Part shown: positions 1-10,184 of the stretch, piece by piece
How positions within the stretch are numbered: position 1 is the first letter of the stretch
Layout of the letters: every line of letters begins with the position of its first letter
Assembly (NCBI GenBank): GCA_037441705.1
Contig: JBBIRR010000022.1
Coordinates: 1-64,000 of the forward strand
From: Ignavibacteriales bacterium
GTDB taxonomy: Bacteria; Bacteroidota; Ignavibacteria; UBA10030; UBA6906
Reading direction: 5' to 3'
Length of the DNA: 64,000 bases
Notes under the pieces: model-generated
Told to the model about the DNA's origin: nothing
The model's input: only the letters and a program-made list of their open reading frames with translations
Database searches by the model: none
Program-made: the position numbers and the translations under genes

Positions 1-295
1 TAACGTAGCGGGGAGCCGCCGTCTCTCCGATGGATCGCCCCGCGTTTCGCTCGGCAATGGCTGCCGCCGTTGCCATGCCGTGACAATCCATCAGCGAGGC
101 TATCAATCCACCATACACAAAGCCCGGCACGGCAATATGAAACGGTTGAGGCGTAAATCGCGTGACCGTCTCCTCTCCTTGCCAACGAGTTTTGATCTGA
201 TGCCCGTGTGAGTTCAAGCGCCCGCAGCCAAAGCAGTGCGCAAAGTCGTCTGGGTAGAAATCCTGGACAGCGAGCGAAGCGGCGTGTGCAGTCAT
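1..295 (-). CDS. PaaI/hot-dog fold thioesterase (3' end runs off the window)
   Basis: Manual translation from ATG at 295: MTAHAASLAVQDFYPDDFAHCFGCGRLNSHGHQIKT...PGFVYGGLIASLMDCH. CFGCG and YGGLIASLxDCH are typical of this thioesterase subfamily. Confidence 0.75.
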   Translation of the reverse strand, partial: MTAHAASLAVQDFYPDDFAHCFGCGRLNSHGHQIKTRWQGEETVTRFTPQPFHIAVPGFVYGGLIASLMDCHGMATAAAIAERNAGRSIGETAAPRYV

Positions 296-490
296 AGCCG
301 GAGAGTTTCTGTATGAATAATTGGTGAATGATAGGGCAGGTGCCGCAGGCCGACGGGGACCTCGACAACCTCCGAGACAAGAGGAAAAGACCTCACCCAA
401 ATATAGTGAAAGCGATGAAAAAGAAGAACGATCAAGCGAATCCAAGCACAGGAATGCGACGGGGATGCGATAACGGCGCCAATTGCTTGC

Positions 491-2338
491 TCACCTCCAA
501 TACTCCCCCCACCTCTCCTCCACCCGCTTCTTGATTTCCTCCGTCATGCGCAGCGGCTTGGGATAGCCCGGCTTCCACGTCGCGTCGATGCCCATGATGC
601 CTTTGTAGACAGGACTGATGCCTACGAGTTTCTGTTCGGTGAATACAATGTCCCGCTCGCAATCGAAGCGCGTGAAGATGCCCCAGATATAGTTCTCTCT
701 GTCGCGGAGATCCACGTCCTCGCTCACCGCGGCAATGATGGGAATCCCGGCGAGGTCGGGAAGGGCAACAAGCTCTTGCAGAATTTCTTTGCCGGGAGTT
801 GAAACAGTTGGAGATTCGACGGTCGGGGTTTGGGGGGTGAACTGGTCACTGAGAGCAGACTGTACTTGCACCAACAGAAGCGAATCATGAACAAACGCTA
901 CATCGAGAATCCTCCTGTCAATCTCCTTGAGGCGATCGATTCGCAATTTCATTTGCTGCGTCTCATGGTCTCGAACCCCCAACCTCGAACCCCGAACCGG
1001 TTTTCTCGTCGCATCAAGAATCATCTTGCTTCCGAGGTTCATCGTGTAGCTGGTGAAATCGAGCGTATCGAGCGGCACCCTGGGGATCATCACGAAATCA
1101 AAATGCGGATCGAAGTTCTGCTGCACTTCGTGCATCACCGCATCGAAGCTGCGAACGTTCACTCCTTCGGAGACAAGAATCAGGCACTTCGTCAACGAGA
1201 GCTGCGACATGCCCATCAAGCCGAGGGCAGTCTTCATCGCTTCTTTGGCGTAGCGCTGATCAACGGCAACCACGAGGAGATTGTGGAATCCCGCCTCATA
1301 GTACGCCCACATGTCGGTGATCTCATGATGTATGAGGCGCGCGAGCGGACCGAGAATCATCTGCGTCGCGTCTCCCATCCACTTATCTTCCATCGGTGGA
1401 ATCCCCACAACGGTGGCAGGATACACGGGGTCTTTGCGATGGGTAATTGCCGTGAGGTGAAAAACAGGAAACTCCGCCGCATGCGAGTAATGCCCGAAGT
1501 GATCGCCGAACGGCCCCTCCATTCGACGTTCGTGCAGCGGAACGTATCCTTCGAGCACAAACTCTGCGTTGGCGGGCACAGCAATCGGAATCGTCTTTCC
1601 TCTCACAAACGCCGTGCGTTTACCGCGAAGAAAACCTGCAAACATCGCTTCATCAATGTTCTCAGGCAACGCGGCGATCGTCGCGAGCAACAATGCGGGG
1701 TCGGTTCCGATGGCGACGGCGAGCGGAAATTCCTTGCCGAGTTTTTCAGCCTGATAGAAATGGAACCCTCCCCCCTTCTGTATCTGCCAGTGCATGCCGG
1801 TTGTTTCACTATCAAACACATGCATGCGATACATTCCCATGTTGCGCTTGCCGGTCCGAGGATCGTAGGTGACAACCTGTGGCAGCGTGATGAAGCGCCC
1901 GCCGTCCTCGGGCCAGCAGGTGAGAATCGGAAGATGATCGAGATTCGGAGATTCTACGACGTGTTGAGATAGTGCCGTGCCAACTCGTTTCGGCGGCGAG
2001 TGCAGAAACCGCTTTGCCAGAGGCCTGTGCTTGAGAACAGCGGACGGTTTCGGCGGAAGGAGATCGCCAAGAAATTGGATCAACTCTTCCCCGAGTTGCC
2101 GGGGATGTTTCTGCAGCGCAAGTTCGCAGCGACGATCGCTTGCCAGCAAGTTGATCACAAGCGGATACTTCGAGCCTTTCACGCGCTCGAACCAGAGTGC
2201 AGGCTTGTTTTCTTTGATAGCCCGCGTGGCAATCTCCGTGATCTCCAGATACGGATCAACCTCAACCGTGACCCGATGGAGTTCACGGACGGATTCGAGA
2301 TAGCGAGCGAAGTCGCCAAGGGTAGCAAAGTGCAGCAT
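491..2338 (-). CDS. ubiD: UbiD-family prFMN decarboxylase (menaquinone/futalosine MqnL-type)
   Basis: N-terminal EVDPYLEI motif, RNMGMYRM, EGPFGDHFGHY and LDT/DAT C-terminal motifs; co-oriented with ubiX and ubiA. Confidence 0.92.
   Translation of the reverse strand: MLHFATLGDFARYLESVRELHRVTVEVDPYLEITEIATRAIKENKPALWFERVKGSKYPLVINLLASDRRCELALQKHPRQLGEELIQFLGDLLPPKPSAVLKHRPLAKRFLHSPPKRVGTALSQHVVESPNLDHLPILTCWPEDGGRFITLPQVVTYDPRTGKRNMGMYRMHVFDSETTGMHWQIQKGGGFHFYQAEKLGKEFPLAVAIGTDPALLLATIAALPENIDEAMFAGFLRGKRTAFVRGKTIPIAVPANAEFVLEGYVPLHERRMEGPFGDHFGHYSHAAEFPVFHLTAITHRKDPVYPATVVGIPPMEDKWMGDATQMILGPLARLIHHEITDMWAYYEAGFHNLLVVAVDQRYAKEAMKTALGLMGMSQLSLTKCLILVSEGVNVRSFDAVMHEVQQNFDPHFDFVMIPRVPLDTLDFTSYTMNLGSKMILDATRKPVRGSRLGVRDHETQQMKLRIDRLKEIDRRILDVAFVHDSLLLVQVQSALSDQFTPQTPTVESPTVSTPGKEILQELVALPDLAGIPIIAAVSEDVDLRDRENYIWGIFTRFDCERDIVFTEQKLVGISPVYKGIMGIDATWKPGYPKPLRMTEEIKKRVEERWGEYWR
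971..998 (-). repeat. Four heptamer units (GGTTSGR-type on minus strand) in frame inside ubiD
   Basis: Plus strand tcgaacc-cccaacc-tcgaacc-ccgaacc, encoding VRGSRLGVR. Confidence 0.65.
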
Positions 2339-2391
2339 GGATTCCGGATCAGGGCGTTCGGCTTGATGGGTTCACGGTTCACACTCCTGCC

Positions 2392-2943
2392 TCACGCAAA
2401 CTCCTCTCCTCTCCATCCCTTCGCTGAACTCAATCCGAGTTGCGCCAGCACCTTGTCTGTAAACGCGCCGACATACTCGTCGACCGACGTGGGAACGAAG
2501 TAGAGAGGTGGAGAAATGGGCATGATGACGGCGCCGTAGCTGGAAAGTTTCGCACATTGCTCGAGGGAGAGTGTCGACATAGGCGTCTCTCGGACACAGA
2601 TGATCAGCCTGTATCCTTCCTTCAGGCACACCTGCGCGGTGCGCGTGATGAGCGTATCGCCCAGCCCCGATGCGATCTTCCCGATCGTCGAGGTGGATGC
2701 CGGGATGATCACGAATGCGTCGAAGCGATTCGATCCCGAGGCCATCGGCGCGGTGAGGTCATCATCCGAGAATTGTTTCTTGACGTACGGCTTCAGGTCC
2801 TTGTCGCTCATGTTCAGCTCATCGCGCAGCAGCACTTTCCCCCACGAGCTGACGATGAGATACTTGTCCGCAGTGCACTTCTTGAGAAAGTCCAGCGCAT
2901 AGATTGCCCCGGACGAGCCGGTGATGCCAACGACAAGTTTCAT
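2392..2943 (-). CDS. ubiX: Flavin prenyltransferase UbiX
   Basis: GITGSSGAIY, ASGS, PASTSTIGKIA, LITRTAQVCLKE and RETP motifs; ATGA overlap with the upstream gene. Confidence 0.93.
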   Translation of the reverse strand: MKLVVGITGSSGAIYALDFLKKCTADKYLIVSSWGKVLLRDELNMSDKDLKPYVKKQFSDDDLTAPMASGSNRFDAFVIIPASTSTIGKIASGLGDTLITRTAQVCLKEGYRLIICVRETPMSTLSLEQCAKLSSYGAVIMPISPPLYFVPTSVDEYVGAFTDKVLAQLGLSSAKGWRGEEFA

Positions 2944-3773
2944 AACCACAACCCAATCAACACCATGGCAAAGACTGAGAACCCGGCAACAGCGTTGATT
3001 TTGAAAAACGCCAACTCCACGTCGTCCGCTTTCTTTTGTTCAAGAAAGAGAAGATAGCCCGTCAGTGCCAGAAGCGGGAGGGCGAGCAAGGAGAAGACAG
3101 AATAGAAGAAGAGAACGACAAGCACGCCGAATGCGAGAAGGTGAAGATAACCTGAGTACCTCAGCGCGCGTTTTTTCCCGAAGCGAGCCGGAAAAGAATA
3201 CAACGACTCCTTCCTGTCAAACTCCTCATCCAGCGTCGCATAGATGATATCGAAACCGGCAACCCACAGCAGGGTGAAGAGCGAGAGGAGAGCCGGCTCC
3301 AATAAATTCTCGAACGAGGGCGAGACCGCAAACCATCCGCCCAGCGGTCCCATCGCCAGACCGAGGCCGACACCGAAGTGCGCGAGCGGCGTGTACCGCT
3401 TCATCGTCGGGTAGATGATGAACACAAGCAGTGGAATGGGAGAGAGGGCAAAACAAAAATCCGAGATAAGGTACGCTGAGCCGAAGTACAATGCCAGTCC
3501 CGCAAACATCACCCACCCGGCTTCCCACAATGTCATTCGGCCGCTGGGCAGGTCGCGCATCGCCGTGCGGGGATTCTTCGCGTCGATGTGCCGATCCATA
3601 ATCCGGTTCAATGCAAAGGCGACGGTTCGAGCGCCCGTTGCTGCCGTGAGGACGAGAATCAGCAGTCCGATGGATGGAAGTTGCTCTCGCGACCCAAGCA
3701 AGACCCCACTGTAAATGAGCGGGAGCGAGAACAGCGTGTGTTCGATCTTAACGAAGGAAAAAAACTTCTTCAT
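2940..3773 (-). CDS. ubiA: UbiA-family polyprenyltransferase (MqnP-type)
   Basis: KIEHTLFSLP, NRIMDRHIDAKNPRT and FDIIYATLDEEFD aspartate-rich motifs; multiple transmembrane helices. Confidence 0.92.
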   Translation of the reverse strand: MKKFFSFVKIEHTLFSLPLIYSGVLLGSREQLPSIGLLILVLTAATGARTVAFALNRIMDRHIDAKNPRTAMRDLPSGRMTLWEAGWVMFAGLALYFGSAYLISDFCFALSPIPLLVFIIYPTMKRYTPLAHFGVGLGLAMGPLGGWFAVSPSFENLLEPALLSLFTLLWVAGFDIIYATLDEEFDRKESLYSFPARFGKKRALRYSGYLHLLAFGVLVVLFFYSVFSLLALPLLALTGYLLFLEQKKADDVELAFFKINAVAGFSVFAMVLIGLWL

Positions 3774-3796
3774 GCATGTCTGAAAGAATGTGACGT

Positions 3797-3825
3797 AATA
3801 TAGCGATTTCCATGGGGAGGCACAA
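3797..3825 (-). promoter_or_regulatory. Putative sigma70-type promoter of the ubiA-ubiX-ubiD operon
   Basis: Minus strand TTGTGC-N17-TATATT, ending 24 bp upstream of the ATG. Confidence 0.5.
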
Positions 3826-3993
3826 AGAAAGAAATCATTGTGGGTGTAACGATTCTCCTTCTCATGTGAACGAAGTGCCTGTCAGATCATGATGGCCATT
3901 TTGCTGCGCTCCACGTGTTGCTATTACCCCTTTCCTTCCGTAGATTTTTCGCAGAATAAGTTACTCGAACTCTTACTTCGTGGAGACCATGTG

Positions 3994-5349
3994 ATGTTCC
4001 GTATGCTACTATGCGGGGCAGCGATCGTTCTGTTGAATGCAGGAACGGTCGTAGCTCAGCCCTCACCACCATCCGAACCGCTTCGCATTGCTGTGGATTA
4101 CGCCCGCTTCCGCGGAGACGATAAGAATGTCTACGTCGAAGTGTACTACTCCGTGCCGCAGCGTACACTGACCTATGCACCCGACAGCGCCGGGTACAAA
4201 GCAGGAGTCGAACTTCTGATGACCGTCTCCGTCAAGGATTCTCTGGTTGTCGCCGACCGGCTGCTGATGCCGCACACAGCAAAGGACCCGACGTCGGGAG
4301 CAATGAATCTGGTGAGCCTCTCGAACATGATGCTGCCCGAAGGTCAGTACACTCTCAAGGTTGTTGCCAAAGACGTGAACAACACGAACCGGCGCGACAG
4401 CATCTCGATGCCGATGCAGATCAAAGCTCTGAGCACGCAACAGCTTCTGTTGAGCGACATCGAGTTTGCCTCGGCGATCAAAAAAGGAGATCGCACCTCT
4501 CCCTTCTACAAGAACACCCTCGAAGTGATCCCCAACGCCGAAGGTGTATTTTCAAACGAGCAGGCGTGCTATTACTACTCGGAAGTGTACAACGTACTGG
4601 AGGGAAGCGACCAAAGCGATTACCTGTTCCGCGCATCCATCCTGAATGCCGTGGGCAAGGAAATCATCTCGAGAGAGCGGCCGCGCAAGCGAGCGGCCGA
4701 ATCGGCAGTGCTGGTAGATCATCTCGATGTCTCGGGCCTGCGCAGCGGAACGTACACACTCGTCCTCTCGCTGCACGATTCGACGCGACGCACGCTGACA
4801 TCCTCGGCCAAGAAATTCTTCGTGTACAATGCAACCCTCGGTGTTGATTCCTCGCTGCTGCGTCTCGACCCGGCATTTGCTGCAGGCGTGTATTCAACCA
4901 TGACCGAAGAGGAGCTCGACCGGGAGTTCAAATGGGCCCGATGGGAATCCGATGAGACCGAGAAAAGCCAGTATGAAGCCCTGCGCGGCGTCGAGGCCAA
5001 GCGCAAGTTCATGACGGAGTTCTGGCGAAAACGACCCGTGGGTAAGCGCGAGCAGTACCTGCATCGCGTCGCCGTCGCAAATCGCCAGTTCAACGTGCTC
5101 GGCATCGAGGGTTATCGCACCGATCGCGGCCGCGTCCACATCATGTACGGGCCGGCAGATGACATCGAACGCCACCCGAACGAATCGGGAACGCGCCCGT
5201 ACGAAATCTGGTCGTACCACAACATCCAGGGCGGCGTGATTTTCGTCTTCGTGCTGCGACAAAACGGCGGCGACTATGAGCTTGTGCACTCCACGCACAG
5301 GAACGAGCTGCACGACGAGAACTGGGCACGTTACGCGCAGACGAACTGA
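3994..5349 (+). CDS. GWxTD domain-containing exported protein
   Basis: Signal peptide; FWRKR...RVAVANRQF...GYRTDRGRVHIMYGP...YEIWSY signature. Start chosen from the GGAGA RBS; the ORF track starts at 3889. Confidence 0.85.
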   Translation: MFRMLLCGAAIVLLNAGTVVAQPSPPSEPLRIAVDYARFRGDDKNVYVEVYYSVPQRTLTYAPDSAGYKAGVELLMTVSVKDSLVVADRLLMPHTAKDPTSGAMNLVSLSNMMLPEGQYTLKVVAKDVNNTNRRDSISMPMQIKALSTQQLLLSDIEFASAIKKGDRTSPFYKNTLEVIPNAEGVFSNEQACYYYSEVYNVLEGSDQSDYLFRASILNAVGKEIISRERPRKRAAESAVLVDHLDVSGLRSGTYTLVLSLHDSTRRTLTSSAKKFFVYNATLGVDSSLLRLDPAFAAGVYSTMTEEELDREFKWARWESDETEKSQYEALRGVEAKRKFMTEFWRKRPVGKREQYLHRVAVANRQFNVLGIEGYRTDRGRVHIMYGPADDIERHPNESGTRPYEIWSYHNIQGGVIFVFVLRQNGGDYELVHSTHRNELHDENWARYAQTN

Positions 5350-5364
5350 CTCTGCTCGGGCTTT

Positions 5365-5431
5365 CCACGAATGGCACGAAGGAACACCGAGGTTTTGTGA
5401 AAGACCTGGTGGTTCTTCGTGCACTTCGTTG
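5365..5431. repeat. Imperfect inverted repeat of 9-mer units between convergent genes (possible bidirectional terminator)
   Basis: ccacgaatg-gcacgaagg-aacaccgagg pairs with cctggtggttcttcgtgcacttcgttg. Confidence 0.55.
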
Positions 5432-5432
5432 A

Positions 5433-6605
5433 TCACCCCTCCTGCACAACTCTGAAAAGCTTGTCCATCCCCATCTGCAATATCTCCGGTGGCGTCAGCA
5501 AACTTATGACGAGAAATCCACTCTCGGCAAAATCGAAGAAGTAGCCCGGAAAAACGTACACGCCCGATTCGTCCAACAATCGGATTGCCCACTCTTCATC
5601 CGAACGCGTGCGCGGCATCTTCAGGATTGCATACCACCCTGCTTCGGCACGCAGTGCGGAGACGGAAGAACCAACCGATACGGCGTTCATCAAATGTAGG
5701 TAATTCGCCCTCACGCGTTCTTGAATCTGGGCACGAACACTTTTCCCAAGCTCCAGCAACTGAGGCAATGCAACCTGTGCCGGCGTGTTCACCGACAGAA
5801 ACGTATCGGCAACGATCTCGATTCGCTGAAGAGCTTCTTGCCGGTGTGCATCAGGCCCGCTTGCGACAATCCACCCCAACTTCATCTGCGGCAGTCCGCA
5901 TAACTTGGAGATACCGTTCAGCGTGAAGGTCAACACCGCGTCGTTGGCTGCAGTGCTCACCACCCGACGCTCGCACGCTCCCAACGAATACTCGGAAAAG
6001 ACCTCATCAACAATCAATGCTAAGCCGTTCTCGCTCGCGATCCGATTCATTTCCTGCAGCTCGTCCTGCTTCAGAAACATTCCCGTCGGGTTGTGAGGGC
6101 TGACGACGACGATAGCACGTGTAGTGTCTGTGAGCGACCGTTGCACAGAGTCGAAATCAATGTGCCATTCCCCATCATAGCGCAGATGGTACGGATGAAT
6201 TTCCACATCATGAAGCCGTGCGAGAAACTCAAACAACGGATAGGAAGGAGTGGGCACAAGCACGTTCGCCCCGGCTTCACACAGCAGCATAAACAGCCAT
6301 CCGTATGCCTCGCTTGTGCTTGCGGTGAGCACGATGTTGGATGGGGCTATATGGATATTCTTTGAATAATAGTAGCTCGCAACCGCTTCCCGCGCAGGTG
6401 CCGCGCCTAAAGGATGAGGAGTATACCGTCCGATTGCATCTTGCACAGGCAACGAGAGAATGTCTCGCAACGGATACTCAAAGCCGGCTTCGGTGGGATT
6501 TGAGATTGTGAGATCGTAAACGGGCGTGCCCTGCCTGCGGCGTTCTTGCAAGAGCTGAGAGAGTTTGTTGGGATGGCGATGCCAGTTGGTACGCGACGAA
6601 AACAT
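5433..6605 (-). CDS. PLP-dependent aminotransferase class I/II
   Basis: SPHNPTG, IVDEVF and NGISKLCGLPQMKLGW (PLP lysine) motifs. Confidence 0.9.
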   Translation of the reverse strand: MFSSRTNWHRHPNKLSQLLQERRRQGTPVYDLTISNPTEAGFEYPLRDILSLPVQDAIGRYTPHPLGAAPAREAVASYYYSKNIHIAPSNIVLTASTSEAYGWLFMLLCEAGANVLVPTPSYPLFEFLARLHDVEIHPYHLRYDGEWHIDFDSVQRSLTDTTRAIVVVSPHNPTGMFLKQDELQEMNRIASENGLALIVDEVFSEYSLGACERRVVSTAANDAVLTFTLNGISKLCGLPQMKLGWIVASGPDAHRQEALQRIEIVADTFLSVNTPAQVALPQLLELGKSVRAQIQERVRANYLHLMNAVSVGSSVSALRAEAGWYAILKMPRTRSDEEWAIRLLDESGVYVFPGYFFDFAESGFLVISLLTPPEILQMGMDKLFRVVQEG

Positions 6606-7699
6606 CAGTTTGGCGTCCGCAGGTCGGCTATGGGCATCACCCCTACATGGTCTTTGTCATAGTCAGTGAAATAGAGTTGATTACCAAACGCTTTGATCCC
6701 ATCAATGTCTCTTGAAGGCGCAAGCACGTCCGGCATGAAACTCCTTGTTCTGAGATTGAACCGAGAGAGCGTAGCTGGCTGAACTCCGTAGTTGACCGTG
6801 TACACAACACTGTCGTGGATCGTCATGTAAAAGAACCTGTTCACCGGAAGAGGCAGGGAGTCGAGGGGGGTTCCGTCGAGCGCGCACCGCACCAGGACAC
6901 CATTCGACCTTGCGTACCACACGTATAGCCATCCTCCGAAGACATCCATCCCAATCACACGGGTGTGGGAGGGAATAAGCACTGAATCTCTGAGGGTCTG
7001 AAGATCAAGGCGTCCGAATCCTCGATTTCTATCTTCATAGTACGCCCACCGGGAACTGGCCGCTATGTGGTCTCCGGCCACATACGGAACAGCTTCAATA
7101 AAATGTCCGGTCACGAGATTGTACACGTAGAGTCCCTCCGGACCAAGCGGATGGAACAAGAACAAGGAGTCTGTCCGTGCGATGTCCTGGAGAGGTAAGA
7201 CCGAGCTGGCCCCCGGGTAGGAGGGCGGGTAATGCAGAAACACCTCCGCCGACTGATACGGGTATTTGTACAACGCAACGGATGTGTCAGCATCGGAAAA
7301 AGATGAGTCCGTGAGATAATATCGAACCGTCAGGTTCACATCACTCTTCGATGAGTCCATCCTCACCGTATAACCGAAGTGAATGATGTAGGCCTGTGCC
7401 GAAGCATCATACCTCGTCGAATCCACGAGCAGCTCCGCGTACCCTGTCGTGTCCTTCGTCCCAACGCCGATCCGGACGACGTTGCGGCTGCGCAGCTCGA
7501 TGCCGAGCTGATGCGTCACACGCACAATATCATAGTCGGTCATGGTAAGTACCAGCTTGCGAAAGTCCTGCGCAGTGATAAGGGGTCGCGGGTCTGAGGG
7601 AACGATGGGATTCTCTTCCTTCTTGCAAGAGGAGATGAGGAAAGCCAACGCGCACGAGACGCTACCAGCAAGGAATGCCTTGAACACTCTTGATGACAT
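6605..7699 (-). CDS. Hypothetical lipoprotein, probable C-terminal beta-propeller
   Basis: Lipobox LISSC followed by KKEE; beta-rich repeats; TGATG overlap with the aminotransferase. Confidence 0.65.
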   Translation of the reverse strand: MSSRVFKAFLAGSVSCALAFLISSCKKEENPIVPSDPRPLITAQDFRKLVLTMTDYDIVRVTHQLGIELRSRNVVRIGVGTKDTTGYAELLVDSTRYDASAQAYIIHFGYTVRMDSSKSDVNLTVRYYLTDSSFSDADTSVALYKYPYQSAEVFLHYPPSYPGASSVLPLQDIARTDSLFLFHPLGPEGLYVYNLVTGHFIEAVPYVAGDHIAASSRWAYYEDRNRGFGRLDLQTLRDSVLIPSHTRVIGMDVFGGWLYVWYARSNGVLVRCALDGTPLDSLPLPVNRFFYMTIHDSVVYTVNYGVQPATLSRFNLRTRSFMPDVLAPSRDIDGIKAFGNQLYFTDYDKDHVGVMPIADLRTPN

Positions 7700-7779
7700 G
7701 ACGCCACCTCCTACCGAACGCGTAGATCACATCTCACCGAAAGCTACAAGTCGTTTCTCTAAAATGCAAATGCTCATCG

Positions 7780-9126
7780 CTATTTTCTATGAAACGCGTG
7801 TGCCTTTTCTTTGTGCAAGAACTTGTGGAGGATATCCTCAAGATCGGGCTTGGTGCGTTCATCGAGTGCGTAGCTGACGCGGGTGGTTTCCTTCTTGATG
7901 CTGATGATGCGGCGCAGATCGATAGGCGTGCCGATCACCACAGAGTCGCATGGAACGTTGTTGATCGTTGCCTCAAGGTCGCGCATTTGTGTTTCGCCGT
8001 AGCCCATGGCCGGAAGCAGTGCTCCGGTGTTCGGATACTTCTCGAACGTCGCCTTGATGGAACGGACGGCGTATGGACGCGGGTCGAGAATTTCCTTGGC
8101 GCCGAAGCGCTTCGCCGCAAGCGTTCCTGCGCCGTAGGACATCTCACCGTGCGTGAGAGTCGGTCCATCTTCCACCACAAGCACTCTCTTCCCCCGAATG
8201 GCCTCCGGGTTTTCCACTTCGATGCGGGAGTTTGCCTGAATGATGACGGCGCGCGGATTGAGCGCTGAAACGTTCCGTACAACTTCTGAAACATTCTCCG
8301 GCGGTGCGGAGTCGACTTTGTTCACCACAATCACATCGGCAAGGCGTACGTTCGTCTCGCCGGGATAGTAGGTCAACTCGTGGCCTGGACGATGCGGGTC
8401 AACAACCGTGATCGTGAGATCGGGTTTGTAGAACGGCATGTCGTTGTTGCCGCCATCCCACACAATCACATCGGCCTCTTTCTCTGCCTTATGCAAGATG
8501 TCCTCGTAATCCACCCCGGCGTACACGACACCGCCCTCCGCGATATGCGGCTCGTATTCCTCCATTTCTTCGACGGTACACTTGTGTTTCTTGAGATCGG
8601 CAAGGGAAGCAAAGCGCTGCACGCGCTGCTTCACCAGGTCGCCGTACGGCATGGGATGACGAACGGCCACGACACGTTTGCCCTGCGAACGGAGGTAGCT
8701 GCACACTTTGCGGGAGGTTTGACTCTTGCCCGAGCCTGTCCGCACCGCAACGACGGCAACCACGGGAACCTTTGCCTCGAGCATGGTCTTCCGCAACCCC
8801 AGCACCTTGAAGTCGGCACCGTGCGCCATGGCAAGCGACGCCTTCTGCATGACGTAGTTGAACGACACGTCGGAATAGGAGAAGACGACTTCGTCAATCG
8901 CGTGCTTCTCGATCAAGCGTGCAAGTTCTTCCTCCGGATAGATGGGGATACCCTTCGGGTAGAGCTTGCCTGCAAGCTTCGCAGGGTACTTGCGTCCGTC
9001 AATGTTGGGAATTTGTGTCGCCGTGAATGCGACTACCTCGTACTTTTTGTTGTCGCGATACACGGTGTTGAAGTTGTGAAAATCTCTCCCCGCCGCGCCC
9101 ATGATAATGACTTTGATACGTGCCAT
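7780..9126 (-). CDS. arcE: cDPGS-like P-loop protein, probable arginine synthetase (ArcE)
   Basis: MGAAGRDFHNFN N-terminus, RTGSGKS P-loop, RHPMPYGDL, WDGGNND and VEDGPTLTHG motifs; directly downstream of OTCase and carbamate kinase. Confidence 0.75.
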   Translation of the reverse strand: MARIKVIIMGAAGRDFHNFNTVYRDNKKYEVVAFTATQIPNIDGRKYPAKLAGKLYPKGIPIYPEEELARLIEKHAIDEVVFSYSDVSFNYVMQKASLAMAHGADFKVLGLRKTMLEAKVPVVAVVAVRTGSGKSQTSRKVCSYLRSQGKRVVAVRHPMPYGDLVKQRVQRFASLADLKKHKCTVEEMEEYEPHIAEGGVVYAGVDYEDILHKAEKEADVIVWDGGNNDMPFYKPDLTITVVDPHRPGHELTYYPGETNVRLADVIVVNKVDSAPPENVSEVVRNVSALNPRAVIIQANSRIEVENPEAIRGKRVLVVEDGPTLTHGEMSYGAGTLAAKRFGAKEILDPRPYAVRSIKATFEKYPNTGALLPAMGYGETQMRDLEATINNVPCDSVVIGTPIDLRRIISIKKETTRVSYALDERTKPDLEDILHKFLHKEKAHAFHRK

Positions 9127-9157
9127 GCGTACTCCCTGATGGTCTGAATGCTTCTGG

Positions 9158-10114
9158 TTAGATCAACACTCTTTCTTTGGAAGCAATGATGTGCGTTCCT
9201 GCATCTCCTTCGATCGCATCGTACAGATGGTCAATGTCGGTAATGACGGCGTGACTCCCGCCGTGCTCAATGAACTGAAGCGCCGCAAGAACCTTCGGGC
9301 CCATGCTGCCCTCGGGAAATTGGCCGTCGTGATAATGCTGCCAGCACTCCTCCGACGTTACCCATCGCAGCGTGCGCTGTGTGGGTTTCTGGAAGTCCAC
9401 GTACACATACTCCACCTCGGTCGCAACCGCAAAGATGTCGGCATGAAGTGCGGACGCAAGAAGCGAAGAGGTCAGGTCTTTGTCAATGACTGCCTCAACA
9501 CCTTTTTCCGTCACGTGGTCGTTGAAGACGGGGATGCCGCCGCCGCCGGCAGCGATCACGACAAGCCCCCGATCGACGCACGCCCGGATGGCGTCCAGTT
9601 CGATGATCTCGCGCGGAAGAGGCGATGAAACCACGCGGCGGTAGCCGTGCGAATCTTCCACCATCTCCCACTTGAGTTGATGTTGGTAACGCTCGGCCTG
9701 TTCTTTGGTATAGAACGGCCCGATGGGTTTGGTGTGGTGATGGAACGCGGGATCATCCTTGTCCACACGCACCTGCGTGATGAGCGAAACGACGGGGACG
9801 AACACTTCCATCTTCTGCATCATCTGCCACATGGCGTACTGCAGGTAGTAGCCGATCTCGCCTTGCGTCGCGGCAACGCACACATCAAGCGGCATACGAT
9901 AGGCGTGGCGCGCAGCAAGTTCGGACCGCGTCAGCGCAGCGCCCACCTGGGGTCCGTTTCCGTGCGTCAGCACCACGCGGTGTCCGGCTTTGATCAATCG
10001 GACGACGGTCGTTGCCGTGGCAATTGCATTCTGAAATTGCAGCTCCGCCGTTGCCTGCTCATCGGCGCGGACCAATGCGTTGCCGCCAACGGCTATCAAC
10101 ACTAACTTCGACAT
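9158..10114 (-). CDS. arcC: Carbamate kinase
   Basis: AVGGNAL, THGNGPQVG, KPIGPFY, GGGGIPV, VIDKDL and GSMGPK motifs. Confidence 0.95.
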   Translation of the reverse strand: MSKLVLIAVGGNALVRADEQATAELQFQNAIATATTVVRLIKAGHRVVLTHGNGPQVGAALTRSELAARHAYRMPLDVCVAATQGEIGYYLQYAMWQMMQKMEVFVPVVSLITQVRVDKDDPAFHHHTKPIGPFYTKEQAERYQHQLKWEMVEDSHGYRRVVSSPLPREIIELDAIRACVDRGLVVIAAGGGGIPVFNDHVTEKGVEAVIDKDLTSSLLASALHADIFAVATEVEYVYVDFQKPTQRTLRWVTSEECWQHYHDGQFPEGSMGPKVLAALQFIEHGGSHAVITDIDHLYDAIEGDAGTHIIASKERVLI

Positions 10115-10184
10115 GGCTCATCGTTTCCACGTTCTTGTCCAAATTTTCATTCGCACCGACTCGCGATGAGGATTCAACGGCGCT

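Noticed and set aside
296-400. Possible riboswitch in the thioesterase leader
   Set aside because: Some pairing potential, but no convincing match to a known aptamer consensus; it would need an Infernal/Rfam scan.
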